A DNA stretch of 63,733 bases, counting the filler. It is 6 parts of 6 records of this genome, joined end to end, with 100 filler letters (N's around TTAATTAATTAA, not from the genome) between each part and the next. Parts side by side here need not be neighbours in the genome. Positions count along the whole stretch, not along the records: positions 1 to 13,772 come from SRR31156797_27420; 5 more parts are not named here. The stretch is one strand, 5' to 3'. Both the position numbers and the translations under genes were made by a program. Within the stretch, counting starts at the first letter, position 1. The number at the start of each line of letters is the position of its first letter. Of the stretch, positions 1 to 10,056 are shown in pieces. The notes under the pieces are model-generated. The model had not been told where the DNA came from, did no database searches, and saw nothing but the letters and a program-made list of their open reading frames with translations.

Positions 1-2
1 AC

Positions 3-134
3 ACGATGGCCGAGCCTGCGCTGCTGGAAACAATGGCAAAGTTCGAGTCCCACTGGATGCGATGGAACGCCATTCGGACAGTCCTTGCAATACTGACGAC
101 AGCACTGTTGCTTGTTATACTAATCCGACTTTGA
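3..134 (+). CDS. 3' end of a DUF1772/anthrone oxygenase-like membrane protein (partial, contig edge)
   Basis: My own translation: TMAEPALLETMAKFESHWMRWNAIRTVLAILTTALLLVILIRL*. FExxWxxWNxIRT followed by a hydrophobic helix is typical of DUF1772 C-termini. Confidence 0.6.
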   Translation, partial: TMAEPALLETMAKFESHWMRWNAIRTVLAILTTALLLVILIRL

Positions 135-491
135 TCAATAAATTCTCGAGTATTCAAGGCAAGCCAATGATATCCAGTTGATAAATGCAAATTCTGCGTG
201 ATCCTTGATACTTAAATTCGCTGGCAAGGAAATGCAAGTTCGGGCTGTGTTCATTTTTATGGGATAGACAGAAGATACTTGCCGGGCTACCCGATTTCCA
301 TATCCATACACATCATGCATGTATTCAAACCGCTTGATTCTTGAAAATTTACATCTTTACTCTAAAGCTTTGATGCCTATTTTTGAAGCTAATATCTCCT
401 TTACGTGACCGAGAAGTGATTTATTAAACCTAAACGATAAGAAAGGTCTGATATTATTGTGCCGCAGTATGAACACAGCTAAGGAGGAGTA

Positions 492-749
492 ATTAATCTC
501 AATAAATTAATCATAATCACATCGTTTGTTATCGTTATATTTTATTTGGTAGCATGTTCATCGACTCCGCACCAAGTTGCCACGGAGGATATAGCTCCTG
601 GTTGGTCAGGCCAGGCTTACAGCAATTTGTTGTTGATCGGCGCATACACAGACCGCCCTACTCGAGTCAGTTACGAAGCCACCTTTACGGAACGGCTGAA
701 AGATAGGGGCTTCAAGGCAATTCCATTTTATTTACGCGCAATCATATAA
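492..749 (+). pseudogene. Truncated lipoprotein gene
   Basis: Strong RBS AAGGAGGAG (481-489), an in-frame ATT at 492 instead of ATG, a hydrophobic signal peptide ending in lipobox LVAC, and about 55 mature residues. The frame then runs into the antisense of the neighbouring SBP remnant near 727. Confidence 0.5.
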
Positions 750-2040
750 AAGCGCTGTTTGAAAAGGTAGATAAACGGTGCATCTGCGTTGATTTTACGG
801 GCGGCTTCGCACAATGCCTGTTGGCGAGTTTCCTGATCAGTACTCATCCGCTGTCGATGCAAAAGGTCATCCACTTCCCCGTTGTTATACTTCATGAAGT
901 TCCATGGGCTATTGGAGTTAAACGAAGCCGTGATGATCGGACCCATGTCGTCAAAACCTGGTATGCCCCAGGAAGAGAGGTCGAATGTTCCGCCGAACAC
1001 CTTCTTTGCGATGCCTCCCCATGCAAGCGGACTCGACCTGACCGTCACGCCGATTCTTTTGAAAAGTTGTTGCATGACCATTGCACTTTCCCTGCCCCTC
1101 TGGGTCTGGCTGTGAACATATTCCAGTTCTACGGGTTTTCCATATGCGGCGATCAAATTCTGTGCCTTCTCTACGTCAGGTTCAAGGTATCCGTAATCAC
1201 GGCAAGCCAACATATCAGCGTTCAAGTACTCAGTGCTGTCAACGACACCTTTGAAAACTGTTTCGATGTATTTTTTCTGGTTCCAGGCATGGGCCAGGGC
1301 CCGGCCGACCCTGGCATCGTCAAGGGGTGGCTTGCTATTGTTCATCATCAGGATGGCTGTTCCGCCGGTGTCAGAAATCATGGTCGTGTAATCGGGATTT
1401 TGCATCAGTTTTTTGACATGATTGGGGCGGTCGGTGGCGATCAGGTCAACCTGCCCGGAGAGCAGGGTCGCATAGCGGGCGTCATGGTCTGGGATCTGGC
1501 GAATAACGATTTCATCCAGATACGGCTTGCCTTTTAGGCGGTAATCTGGATTTCGGGAAACCACGATGCGGTGGCCGGTCTTCCATTCAGTGAAAAGCCA
1601 AGGCCCCGGTGCCGACAGGCGATCGGTTCTGGATATCATCCCGGACGGCCTTGGGCGATGGAATCAGCGAAACCGCCAAACGCTTATTGGCCAAAACCAT
1701 GGACTGAAATGGTTCCCAGGCACGGTTCAACACAAACTTTACTCCATACTCATCTGTCTTTCCCACCGATTTCAGTGGTTGTAGCAATATCCGCCTTCTA
1801 TACCGGTTATCCGGATTGAGAATGCGTTTCCAGTGTTCCACCACCGCATCGGCGTTGAAAGTGGTGCCACCGTGAAATTTCACTCCCCGGCGCAGTTTTA
1901 CCGTCCAGATGGATCTATCTTCAGAAGGTGTCACCGACAGTCCCAGGACCGGCCCATGTATCCTGGGTGGAAGTGATACCAACAAATGAAGTCAATAGCA
2001 GGGCAATGAAACTGTGTTTTCTAATTGATCTGAGCCACAT
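728..2040 (-). pseudogene. Family-5 (Opp/Dpp-type) ABC substrate-binding protein pseudogene
   Basis: RBS GGAGA + ATG at 2040 gives signal peptide MWLRSIRKHSFIALLLTSFVGITSTQDTWA. The sequence then jumps frame to PVLGLS (about 50 codons missing relative to paralog 3462-4994), has a second frameshift near 1600-1620 (PVGTG/PW split over two ORFs), and ends early at 728. Confidence 0.85.
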
Positions 2041-2135
2041 GGAAATCTCCCTTTAAGCATTGATAATAGAAAAAAGTTCCTTCGGGTTATAGCTAAACAT
2101 GATTGTAGAACACCTAATCAGTCATTCCGATAAAG

Positions 2136-3449
2136 CTATAAGCCTGCTTCTGCTGCAGGTTGGATGGCAATATCGCCTACAGAATTCTTCCATGCCTCGT
2201 ACCCGGCATGTTTAAGGGCATTCACGGCCCCGTCAAGGTAGCCGTCTTGCACCATCGTTTGCCATAATAGAGAAACCTGTTTGATATATTCGTTGGGTTG
2301 GATTTCCTCCGCAAGAAACTGCAAATAGCCGTCCGCCCGGCGTTGGCAAATACCGTGGTGTTCTAGCAACTCGTCTTGCCGATAGCTGAAATCGGACCAG
2401 AAGGGACCATCGGTTTTGATCTTTCCGACCAAATCCGCCAGCAGTCTAGCTTCGGGGTCATCATCGTGGAAGGTAAGAAAGGGCATAAAGACAATATGAC
2501 CGAGATTGTCCAAACTGAAGGCGAACTCATCAAGTGATATGCCGTGATTACCTTTTTTGTAAACAGCATATCGAAATTGGTTACCGAGGCCGTTGGTGCC
2601 TGCGATCAAAATGCTGTCTTTTTTAAGAAGTTCGCCAATCCGGACCAGCATTTTCTTTCTGGTTTCGGGTTTGAAGTAAAGCAGAACATTCATACATCTT
2701 ACTACTTGGGCCGGCGGGAGTTTTAGTTCTCCGATATCGGATTTAATGAAAGTAAGGTTGTCTGTCTCAAAATCCCGAATGTGATTATGGATGAGCTTGC
2801 TACCATCCTTTTCTACAGTCTCACTCCTTGTACCTTTCGGATTCTTAAGTAAGGGAATAATGCCTTCAAAGAGTTCTTCAAATCGGCTCATAGTGCTCTG
2901 CGGATCAGAGTACAATGTCCGTCCGCTTAGATTCGTAAGTCCCTGAAAATACTGAAACTCTCCTTGTCGGTTAAAGCAAGCGTAGCATCCATCGCGGTCG
3001 TACAAGATGTATTCATCAAAGGAGGTGTCCACACCAAAAATATGCCAATCGGCAAATCTGCGTGCCGTGTCAGCTGTCGTAACGGGAGGAAAACCACAAC
3101 CGATATCCACGAAAACAGGTGGTTCGTCACAAATATACTGGCATTGATTGGCAACGTAATCGTCGAGCTTTTTATGGCGTTCCGGTAGGGTCAACGGTGG
3201 AATCCGTCCGCCCCAAGAGCTTGGCAGAATACTGGGAACCGTAGTAAAAAGCCATCGGATCAAGGCGGGATTGAACTCAAATGCTGAATAACAGCCTTTT
3301 TTCATTAGCACCAGGGCGCGGGTCATGAAATCTTTGGCGTCTGGTGACAGTTCTGACAAAGAGATGGATTCTGCAATTTGCCTGGGCAAGCTTTGCCCTA
3401 AGTATTCCTCGACAAGCTTATCAAATGTTGGAGGGGATAGTTCCTGCAT
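2136..3449 (-). CDS. Class I SAM-dependent methyltransferase-like protein (CheR-like C-terminal motif)
   Basis: Motif I VDIGCG, acidic GVD after strand 2, and VVRCMNVLLYF...RKKML..IGELLK resembling the CheR CRNVLIYF motif. RBS AGGAG. Confidence 0.6.
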   Translation of the reverse strand: MQELSPPTFDKLVEEYLGQSLPRQIAESISLSELSPDAKDFMTRALVLMKKGCYSAFEFNPALIRWLFTTVPSILPSSWGGRIPPLTLPERHKKLDDYVANQCQYICDEPPVFVDIGCGFPPVTTADTARRFADWHIFGVDTSFDEYILYDRDGCYACFNRQGEFQYFQGLTNLSGRTLYSDPQSTMSRFEELFEGIIPLLKNPKGTRSETVEKDGSKLIHNHIRDFETDNLTFIKSDIGELKLPPAQVVRCMNVLLYFKPETRKKMLVRIGELLKKDSILIAGTNGLGNQFRYAVYKKGNHGISLDEFAFSLDNLGHIVFMPFLTFHDDDPEARLLADLVGKIKTDGPFWSDFSYRQDELLEHHGICQRRADGYLQFLAEEIQPNEYIKQVSLLWQTMVQDGYLDGAVNALKHAGYEAWKNSVGDIAIQPAAEAGL

Positions 3450-3461
3450 GGGACATCTCCT

Positions 3462-4994
3462 TTATTTTCTGAACCAGGCATCAACAATCTGGATAACCCC
3501 GTTTTGAATTTCCGGTATGCCTCTGACTTTTTGGTTTGCAAGAAGATGGTACCGGCGTCCGCCTCGGTATAAAACCGGAACGTCTTCATTCAGCAGGCTG
3601 GCGATATCACAGAGCAGATCTTGCCGTTTCTCAGGATCGGTTTCCATTCGCTGGGCCACTAGCAGCCGATCCATCTCTGGATTGGAATAGCCGGAAACGT
3701 TGGCTCCGCTTTGTGAATGAAAACTTCTGAAAAGATAAGGGCCGAGATCTACCGCAGCCGGGATGCGCCAGGCAGATACATGGTATTTTTTTGAGTATAC
3801 TTTTTTAACGATCGGTCCGATATTCATCCCTCGTGGTACGACATTGATGCCGACCTCCTTGCAGAACTGCTGCAACATCACCCCAAACTCGCGCCCGCGC
3901 TTCGTCTTGGTATGCAGGCATTCAATTTCAATCGGTTGGCCGATTTTTGCGATCAACTGCTCAGCTTTTTCTATATTATGTTTTCGGTAGCCCGCATCTC
4001 CGCAGGGCACCCCATTGCCAAAAGGATGATGGGCGGTCGGGATAGAGTTCTTATAGCTCATGCTTACATAGGTGGACTGGTTCCACGCATGGGCGATGGC
4101 CCGGCGGACACGAGGATCGTCCAAAGGTGGTTTGGTTGTGTTCAGGTAGAAGGTCTCGGCCCCATTGGCATCGCCTTGATAATGTATTAGAGAACTGTCT
4201 TTCTCCGCTTTTTTCAGAATATGTCCTCGGTCCATAAAAATGACATCCGTCTGGCCAGACTGCAGACTGGCAAACCGGGTTTGATGGTCAGGTACCGGTT
4301 TGAATTTGATTTCATCGAGATACGGTCGTCCCTTTCTCCAGTAGTTCGAATTTTTAACCACGACAAGCCGATCACCGGATTTCCACTCCTTGAACATGAA
4401 CGGTCCTGTGCCTACCGGTGCTCGCATTTGCACTCCGGAGTCAACTGCATTCGGAGAAGGGATATAGCTTGTCAATGTACGTGTATCCGCCAGAATTTTT
4501 GGAAAGGGGAGCCACGCATGCGTCAGAACGAAACGGACTGTGAAATCGTCGACTTTTTCTACAGCCCGGATGGGTGCGACTTGGGAGCGGCCCCGAAATT
4601 TATTTTCAGGATTTAAAAGGCGTGACCAGTGGTGTACCACCGCATCGGCGTTAAACGGCGCGCCGTCGTGAAATAAGACACCTTGTCGAAGTGTTATCGT
4701 CCAGGTCTTATCATCCGGCGAAGACCTTGCGGATAGCCCGAGAACGGGGATCAGATTTTTTTGGCTATCTAAATCGAAAAGCCTTTCCTGAATCGTGCCG
4801 TTTACAATCGAATCACAAATAGTGAGCGCGTTTACCGATAGTACATCGAACCCACGAAATTCATTTTCAGCACCAAATGTCAGGGTGCCACCGGATTGGC
4901 GGGTTGCTGCTTTGGCCATATCTTGCGTATATGGAATCACCATGTTGGTTAGAGCGAATATGACCAATAAGACTCGGTAGCGCATTGGATACAT
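3462..4994 (-). CDS. ABC transporter substrate-binding protein, family 5 (peptide/nickel)
   Basis: Signal peptide, GGTL, LRQGVLFHDGAPFNADAV, PVGTGPF and PPLDDPRVRRAIAHA motifs. Confidence 0.93.
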   Translation of the reverse strand: MYPMRYRVLLVIFALTNMVIPYTQDMAKAATRQSGGTLTFGAENEFRGFDVLSVNALTICDSIVNGTIQERLFDLDSQKNLIPVLGLSARSSPDDKTWTITLRQGVLFHDGAPFNADAVVHHWSRLLNPENKFRGRSQVAPIRAVEKVDDFTVRFVLTHAWLPFPKILADTRTLTSYIPSPNAVDSGVQMRAPVGTGPFMFKEWKSGDRLVVVKNSNYWRKGRPYLDEIKFKPVPDHQTRFASLQSGQTDVIFMDRGHILKKAEKDSSLIHYQGDANGAETFYLNTTKPPLDDPRVRRAIAHAWNQSTYVSMSYKNSIPTAHHPFGNGVPCGDAGYRKHNIEKAEQLIAKIGQPIEIECLHTKTKRGREFGVMLQQFCKEVGINVVPRGMNIGPIVKKVYSKKYHVSAWRIPAAVDLGPYLFRSFHSQSGANVSGYSNPEMDRLLVAQRMETDPEKRQDLLCDIASLLNEDVPVLYRGGRRYHLLANQKVRGIPEIQNGVIQIVDAWFRK

Positions 4995-5046
4995 AGTATT
5001 TCCCTCCTCAATCCATTTTTAGCGATGACGGCCAAATCTCTTTACT

Positions 5047-5682
5047 TCATCTCGTTTTGCCTTGTAGCCTTGCCCTTATCTCAGGAGAAACCCTCTTGGT
5101 TATCTCGTCTAACTGATCCCCACGTACTGATAATCCGTCGATAAGAATTTCACTGCACAATGAGACCATTCTTCGAATCACCTTCTCGTCATCATAGGCA
5201 CCTACAAAGCCTGAACTAACTGAAACGGCAATGCCATGCGTCAACAACGCCCGCATGTGTCGGATCCAGCCGACATGTTCGGCTGGCAGGTCTTCAAAGG
5301 CCGGGTGATTTCCCAATTGAGCCGTTGTAAACTGCCAGAATCGCATCCTTCGTTCGATAATTTCCTCGATCTTCCCATAGTGCATGCAACTGAAAATTTG
5401 ACCATGATCCCTGGCAAAAAGGACATATCCGATACCTTGATCTACCCAGGTGTCTCCGGTATATTTGCGTGAGGCATATTCCGCTATAATTTCCCATGCC
5501 CGATTCATGATTGCGGTTTTGAAATCATTCATCGTTGCGAAATGAGAAAAGATGGGCATAGTGGATGCGCCTAGTTTCTTCGCGACTGACTTGGGTGTAA
5601 GGCCTTCCCATCCGTTTTCTTTCAATTGTTCGAGGCCCGCTTCAATCACGTTCGCCTTGGTATATTGTACCTTTTTCGGCAT
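5047..5682 (-). CDS. TetR/AcrR family transcriptional regulator
   Basis: N-terminal HTH (VIEAGLEQLKENGWEGLTPKSVAKKLGASTMPIFSHF). Divergent from the ABC permease genes. Confidence 0.9.
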   Translation of the reverse strand: MPKKVQYTKANVIEAGLEQLKENGWEGLTPKSVAKKLGASTMPIFSHFATMNDFKTAIMNRAWEIIAEYASRKYTGDTWVDQGIGYVLFARDHGQIFSCMHYGKIEEIIERRMRFWQFTTAQLGNHPAFEDLPAEHVGWIRHMRALLTHGIAVSVSSGFVGAYDDEKVIRRMVSLCSEILIDGLSVRGDQLDEITKRVSPEIRARLQGKTR

Positions 5683-5699
5683 CGGCTCTTGCTCCGGAA

Positions 5700-5750
5700 T
5701 ATAAATAGTTTTAGTTATATAGTTGACGTTATATAATTACAGCTATATAA
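5700..5750. promoter_or_regulatory. Candidate tandem TetR operator in the divergent promoter
   Basis: TA(A/T)ATA hexamers at 5702, 5716, 5730 and 5744, an exact 14-bp period, forming overlapping TATATA-N8-TATATA dyads. Confidence 0.45.
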
Positions 5751-5863
5751 TTTCAACAGTTTTTCCAATTTCACTTGCCACATAACATATCTTTATTGGG
5801 AAGGCGTTCTTAGTTGACAAACCGAGTGATACGAGCAACTCACTCCTTGCAATCAGGAATCTT

Positions 5864-6808
5864 ATGGTTAGAAAAGCGATTCGATTGGCGGCAGTAATTC
5901 TGGCCGTCACCTGTATCACTTTCCTGATGGTCGATCTGATGCCAGGCGATGTGGCCTACCTTATTGCTGGCCAGGAGGCCTCTTTGGAAGATGTCCGTGC
6001 CATTCGGGAGGAACTCGGGCTCGAGCAACCGATTGTTATCCGCTATCTCAAATGGCTGGCCCAGGTCGCCGGGGGCAATCTGGGGCGTTCTTACCTCACC
6101 AACGAGCCAGTGCTGGATGCGATTGTTTATCGCCTACCGGTCACACTTGAGCTGATGCTTCTGGCCCAGTTGCTGGCACTGGGTTTGGCGATTCCGACCG
6201 GTATCTTCTGTGCCTACCGGCCAAGATCGATGGGCGATAAGGCCATCGGATCGGTTGCCTTTGCGACCATGTCCGTTCCCGTATTCGTCATGGCCCTGGT
6301 TCTCATCCTGTTGTTTGCTCTGAAGCTGCGCTGGTTTCCGGCCACCGGGTACATCCCCTTTTCCGAGGGGCTGTGGCCCAATATCAGGTCCCTCATTCTG
6401 CCTGCCGTTAGCATTGCCATGGTCGAATGGGTGAGCCTGATGCGGGTGCTGAGAAGCGACATGATCTCAACGCTTCAGGAAGACTACATCCTAATGGCAA
6501 GATCCAAGGGATTACCGGCCTCCCACATCTTACTCCGGCATGCCCTGCGTCCCTCCCTATTTACCCTCATCACTATCCTGGGCATGCAGATAGGGCATTT
6601 GATCGGAGGGTCGTTGATCATAGAGGTTATTTTTGCACTGCCAGGGATCGGTCGCTTGTTGGTCGGGGCCATATACGGGCAGGATTTAATGATGGTCCAA
6701 GGCTGCGTTTTGCTGATTGCCGTGGCCTATGTGGTCGTGAATTCGCTGGTTGATTTATGCTATTTCCTGCTGGATCCCAGGATCCGAAGGGAGGGTTCCG
6801 TTGGCTGA
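5864..6808 (+). CDS. ABC transporter permease (DppB/OppB-like)
   Basis: MPGD, LGLEQP..IRYLKWL, GNLGRSY, EAA-type loop DYILMARSKGL, IEVIFALPGIG, LLDPRIR. Confidence 0.93.
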   Translation: MVRKAIRLAAVILAVTCITFLMVDLMPGDVAYLIAGQEASLEDVRAIREELGLEQPIVIRYLKWLAQVAGGNLGRSYLTNEPVLDAIVYRLPVTLELMLLAQLLALGLAIPTGIFCAYRPRSMGDKAIGSVAFATMSVPVFVMALVLILLFALKLRWFPATGYIPFSEGLWPNIRSLILPAVSIAMVEWVSLMRVLRSDMISTLQEDYILMARSKGLPASHILLRHALRPSLFTLITILGMQIGHLIGGSLIIEVIFALPGIGRLLVGAIYGQDLMMVQGCVLLIAVAYVVVNSLVDLCYFLLDPRIRREGSVG

Positions 6809-7775
6809 TGATATCACCGGGGTGAACCTCTCGACACCAGGTGAAGAAGATCACGGGAAAATGCCGCAGGATGTCCCCGATACTGTCATTGGACGCAAAT
6901 CCCTGCACGCTGCCATGGGCGAATCCTTCTGGCTGGCCACCATGTGGCTTTGCATCGTGGCCGTTCTGGCGGTTACGGCAAATTTATGGCCCCTGCCCGA
7001 ATTCGATCATATGGACTGGCAGTATCAGGCGGCAATGCCGGGTACGGAAAGCCGGGCTCCCCTTAAAGACAGCCGCGGGAAAACAATCGAATCGGCTTTT
7101 GTCTATCTGCTGGGCACGGATACCATGGGGAGGGATATTGTCACCCGGCTTATCTTCGGCGCCAGGATTTCCCTAACCGTGGGCTTGGCGGCACCCTGCA
7201 TCGGCATGCTGCTGGGTGGAATTCTGGGCATGCTGGCCGGATTTTACCGGGGGCGATTAGACGCATTCATTATGGTGGTCATGGATACCATCCTGGCCTT
7301 TCCGGGTATCGTCCTCCTGCTGGTTATTACTTTCTACTTAGGCCCTGGTCTGCGAAATATGATATTCGCATTGGGACTTTTGACCATTCCACATTTCTCG
7401 CGGGTTGCCCGGGCCAACACCTTGAAGGTTGCCGCCCAGGAGTTCGTTACCAGTGCGCGTATGATAGGGCAGTCCGACGTCAGTATCATGCTCCGGGAAA
7501 TTGTGCCCAATATCAGTATGCCTCTGATCGTATACGCCTTGATAGTGGTGGCTTACATGATCGTGGCGGAAGGCGTCTTGAGTTTTTTGGGATTGGGTGT
7601 GCCCGCGCCGACGCCGAGTTGGGGCGGCATGATAGCGGAAGGCAAGGAGGTGCTTGAGGAAGCCCCCCACATCAGCTTGCTTCCGGCTCTGGTGATGTTT
7701 CTGACCGTGCTTGCATTCAATGTTATCGGTGATTCCCTGAAACGTGTCCTCGATTCCAAAGAGGGGCAGCTATGA
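6801..7775 (+). CDS. ABC transporter permease (DppC/OppC-like)
   Basis: LGTDTMGRD, GARISL, EFVTSARMIG, LSFLGLGV..PTPSWG. Likely TTG start at 6801 after AGGGAGG. Confidence 0.92.
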   Translation: MADDITGVNLSTPGEEDHGKMPQDVPDTVIGRKSLHAAMGESFWLATMWLCIVAVLAVTANLWPLPEFDHMDWQYQAAMPGTESRAPLKDSRGKTIESAFVYLLGTDTMGRDIVTRLIFGARISLTVGLAAPCIGMLLGGILGMLAGFYRGRLDAFIMVVMDTILAFPGIVLLLVITFYLGPGLRNMIFALGLLTIPHFSRVARANTLKVAAQEFVTSARMIGQSDVSIMLREIVPNISMPLIVYALIVVAYMIVAEGVLSFLGLGVPAPTPSWGGMIAEGKEVLEEAPHISLLPALVMFLTVLAFNVIGDSLKRVLDSKEGQL

Positions 7776-8779
7776 GTCCGGCTGTTCAGTATGGCGACCA
7801 CCCGTTGCTGCATGTTGCCGACCTGTGTGTCCGCCTGCCGACTGATCATGGTGTTGTGCATGCACTCAACGGTGTGTCTTTCACAATCGGCAGCCAAAAA
7901 ACACTCGCCATCGTTGGGGAGTCCGGATGCGGCAAGAGCGTCCTCTGTCGCACGATACTGGGCCTGCTTCCTCAAAGGGCGATTATTGCCCCGACGTCGA
8001 AAATCAGTTTCAATAGTAGGGATCTTATCGGGCTTGGCGAAACCGATTACAACCAAATCAGGGCCGCGGAATTAGCCATGGTATTCCAGGACCCGCTCTC
8101 GGCGCTTAATCCGGTTATAAAAATTGGCCGGCAAATCACTGAAGTCCTCATCCATCATAAAAAAATGACTCTGGCTGCGGCCCGACACCGGGCAATCGAC
8201 CTGCTGCAATCGGTAGAAGTGCCCGATCCGCAAAAGCGTATCGACCAGTATCCCCATCAACTGTCCGGCGGCATGCGGCAGAGAGTCGCTATCGCCATTG
8301 CACTCGCCTGCAAGCCGCAACTGCTGATTGCCGATGAACCGACCACCGGACTGGATGTCACTGTCCAGGAAGGCATCCTGGATCTGCTCGGTGAGTTGCA
8401 GGCAAAAAGTAGGATGGCCATAATTCTGGTTACCCACGATTTACGAATGGCCGCCAGCCGTGCTCACCACATTGCTGTGATGTACGCGGGCAAAATTGTT
8501 GAGCAGGCCCCTGCTGTGACTCTTTTCAATCATATGGCCATGCCCTATACCAAAGCGCTGATCGATACGATTCCGAGCCTTGACAACAGACCACACACAC
8601 CGCTCAATTCCATAAACGGCCAGCCTCCGAATCTTATTGGTCCCATATCCGGATGTGCATTTGCACCGCGATGTTCCCGGGTGAAGGAGCAATGCTATTC
8701 CAGCTCGCCGCTTTTGCTACCCGGTCCGGAACATGACCACCTGGTTGCATGCTGGTATCCGCTGGGAGGCCCAGCGTGA
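7772..8779 (+). CDS. ABC transporter ATP-binding protein (DppD/OppD-like)
   Basis: Walker A GESGCGKS, LSGGMRQR, ADEPTT, C-terminal GCAFAPRC Cys motif. Confidence 0.95.
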   Translation: MSPAVQYGDHPLLHVADLCVRLPTDHGVVHALNGVSFTIGSQKTLAIVGESGCGKSVLCRTILGLLPQRAIIAPTSKISFNSRDLIGLGETDYNQIRAAELAMVFQDPLSALNPVIKIGRQITEVLIHHKKMTLAAARHRAIDLLQSVEVPDPQKRIDQYPHQLSGGMRQRVAIAIALACKPQLLIADEPTTGLDVTVQEGILDLLGELQAKSRMAIILVTHDLRMAASRAHHIAVMYAGKIVEQAPAVTLFNHMAMPYTKALIDTIPSLDNRPHTPLNSINGQPPNLIGPISGCAFAPRCSRVKEQCYSSSPLLLPGPEHDHLVACWYPLGGPA

Positions 8780-9753
8780 TGGGCCATACTGAAATTATAC
8801 TGGAGATACAAAATCTCATCGTGGAATATCGGGCCAGTAAAGGGCGTAAGGTCCACGCAGTTTCCGATGTCAGTTTTCAGTTGGCAAGGGGGAAGACACT
8901 GGGCCTAGTTGGCGAGTCTGGTTGCGGCAAGTCTTCCGTGGCAAAGTCGATTATCCAGCTTCCCACTCCCACATCCGGGACGGTCCTTTTTAATGGTGAA
9001 GACCTGACCAAAATCAACGGCAAACGCCTGCGCCAGGTCAGACCCCAATTACAAATGATTTTCCAGGACTCGATTTCGGCATTGAATCCCAGAAGAAAAA
9101 TTGGCAATACGATCGCCATGCCCCTCAAGATTATTGGCGAGGGGACACCTGCGGAGAGAAAATCGGTGGCGTGCAAAATGATGACCGCAGTTGGACTCAA
9201 TTCGGAAAATTTTGAGCGGCTGCCGTTCCAGCTCTCCGGAGGCCAGTGCCAGCGAGTTCAGATCGCACGATCGTTGATTACGAAACCTTCTCTTTTGATC
9301 TGCGACGAGCCTGTATCTTCACTTGATGTCTCTATACAGGCCCAGATCCTCAATCTCATAGAAAAGCTGCGCACCCAGTACACGCTATCGATCCTGTTCA
9401 TTTCACATGACATGGCTGTGGTGAAAAATGTATGCGACCGGGTGGCCGTAATGTATCTGGGAAAACTTTGTGAGGTCGCTCGGACGGAAGATCTCTATAA
9501 AATACCAACCCACCCGTATACGCAAGCGCTGATCAATGCGATCCCGAAAAAGGCCGCGGCACCTCATGCAAAAAAAACAAACCTCAAGAACGCTGAACTT
9601 CCTTCTCCTATTAATCCGCCATCTGGTTGCAGGTTTCATACACGCTGTCCCAACGCACGACCGCTTTGTTCTGAATCCGAACCAGTTTTACTAAAAATGG
9701 AAAGGGGCAGGATGGTAGCCTGTCACTTCCCCTTAGAGTCTTGTCAAGTTTAG
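8776..9753 (+). CDS. ABC transporter ATP-binding protein (DppF/OppF-like)
   Basis: GESGCGKS, LSGGQCQR, CDEPVSSLD, HPYT, PSGCRFHTRC. Confidence 0.95.
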   Translation: MMGHTEIILEIQNLIVEYRASKGRKVHAVSDVSFQLARGKTLGLVGESGCGKSSVAKSIIQLPTPTSGTVLFNGEDLTKINGKRLRQVRPQLQMIFQDSISALNPRRKIGNTIAMPLKIIGEGTPAERKSVACKMMTAVGLNSENFERLPFQLSGGQCQRVQIARSLITKPSLLICDEPVSSLDVSIQAQILNLIEKLRTQYTLSILFISHDMAVVKNVCDRVAVMYLGKLCEVARTEDLYKIPTHPYTQALINAIPKKAAAPHAKKTNLKNAELPSPINPPSGCRFHTRCPNARPLCSESEPVLLKMERGRMVACHFPLESCQV

Positions 9754-10056
9754 CAGTGTGATCTCCTTTAGCTTTCCAGAACATATCTCACAAACAATCA
9801 AACCGGTGATAACTGCTATCACTTTGTAATTATAAAGCATATAGGCCGGCTACAAGATATGGTAGTCGGTCTCTTTTATTTAAATTAGTTCCAAACGCCA
9901 GATACGAACCGCTTATATCATACGCATTTCAATCTCATGGTATTGGAGTTACTCTAACATTGCTCTATATGAAGATTAATTTGAAGTGATAGGTGTGAGA
10001 TGTGGAAACATGCCTTTAGGTTTATATTGATGGCTACGGTATATCGGATTGATTGA

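Noticed and set aside
135-480. 61-aa ORF and AT-rich stretch
   Set aside because: No motif or RBS support; probably intergenic.
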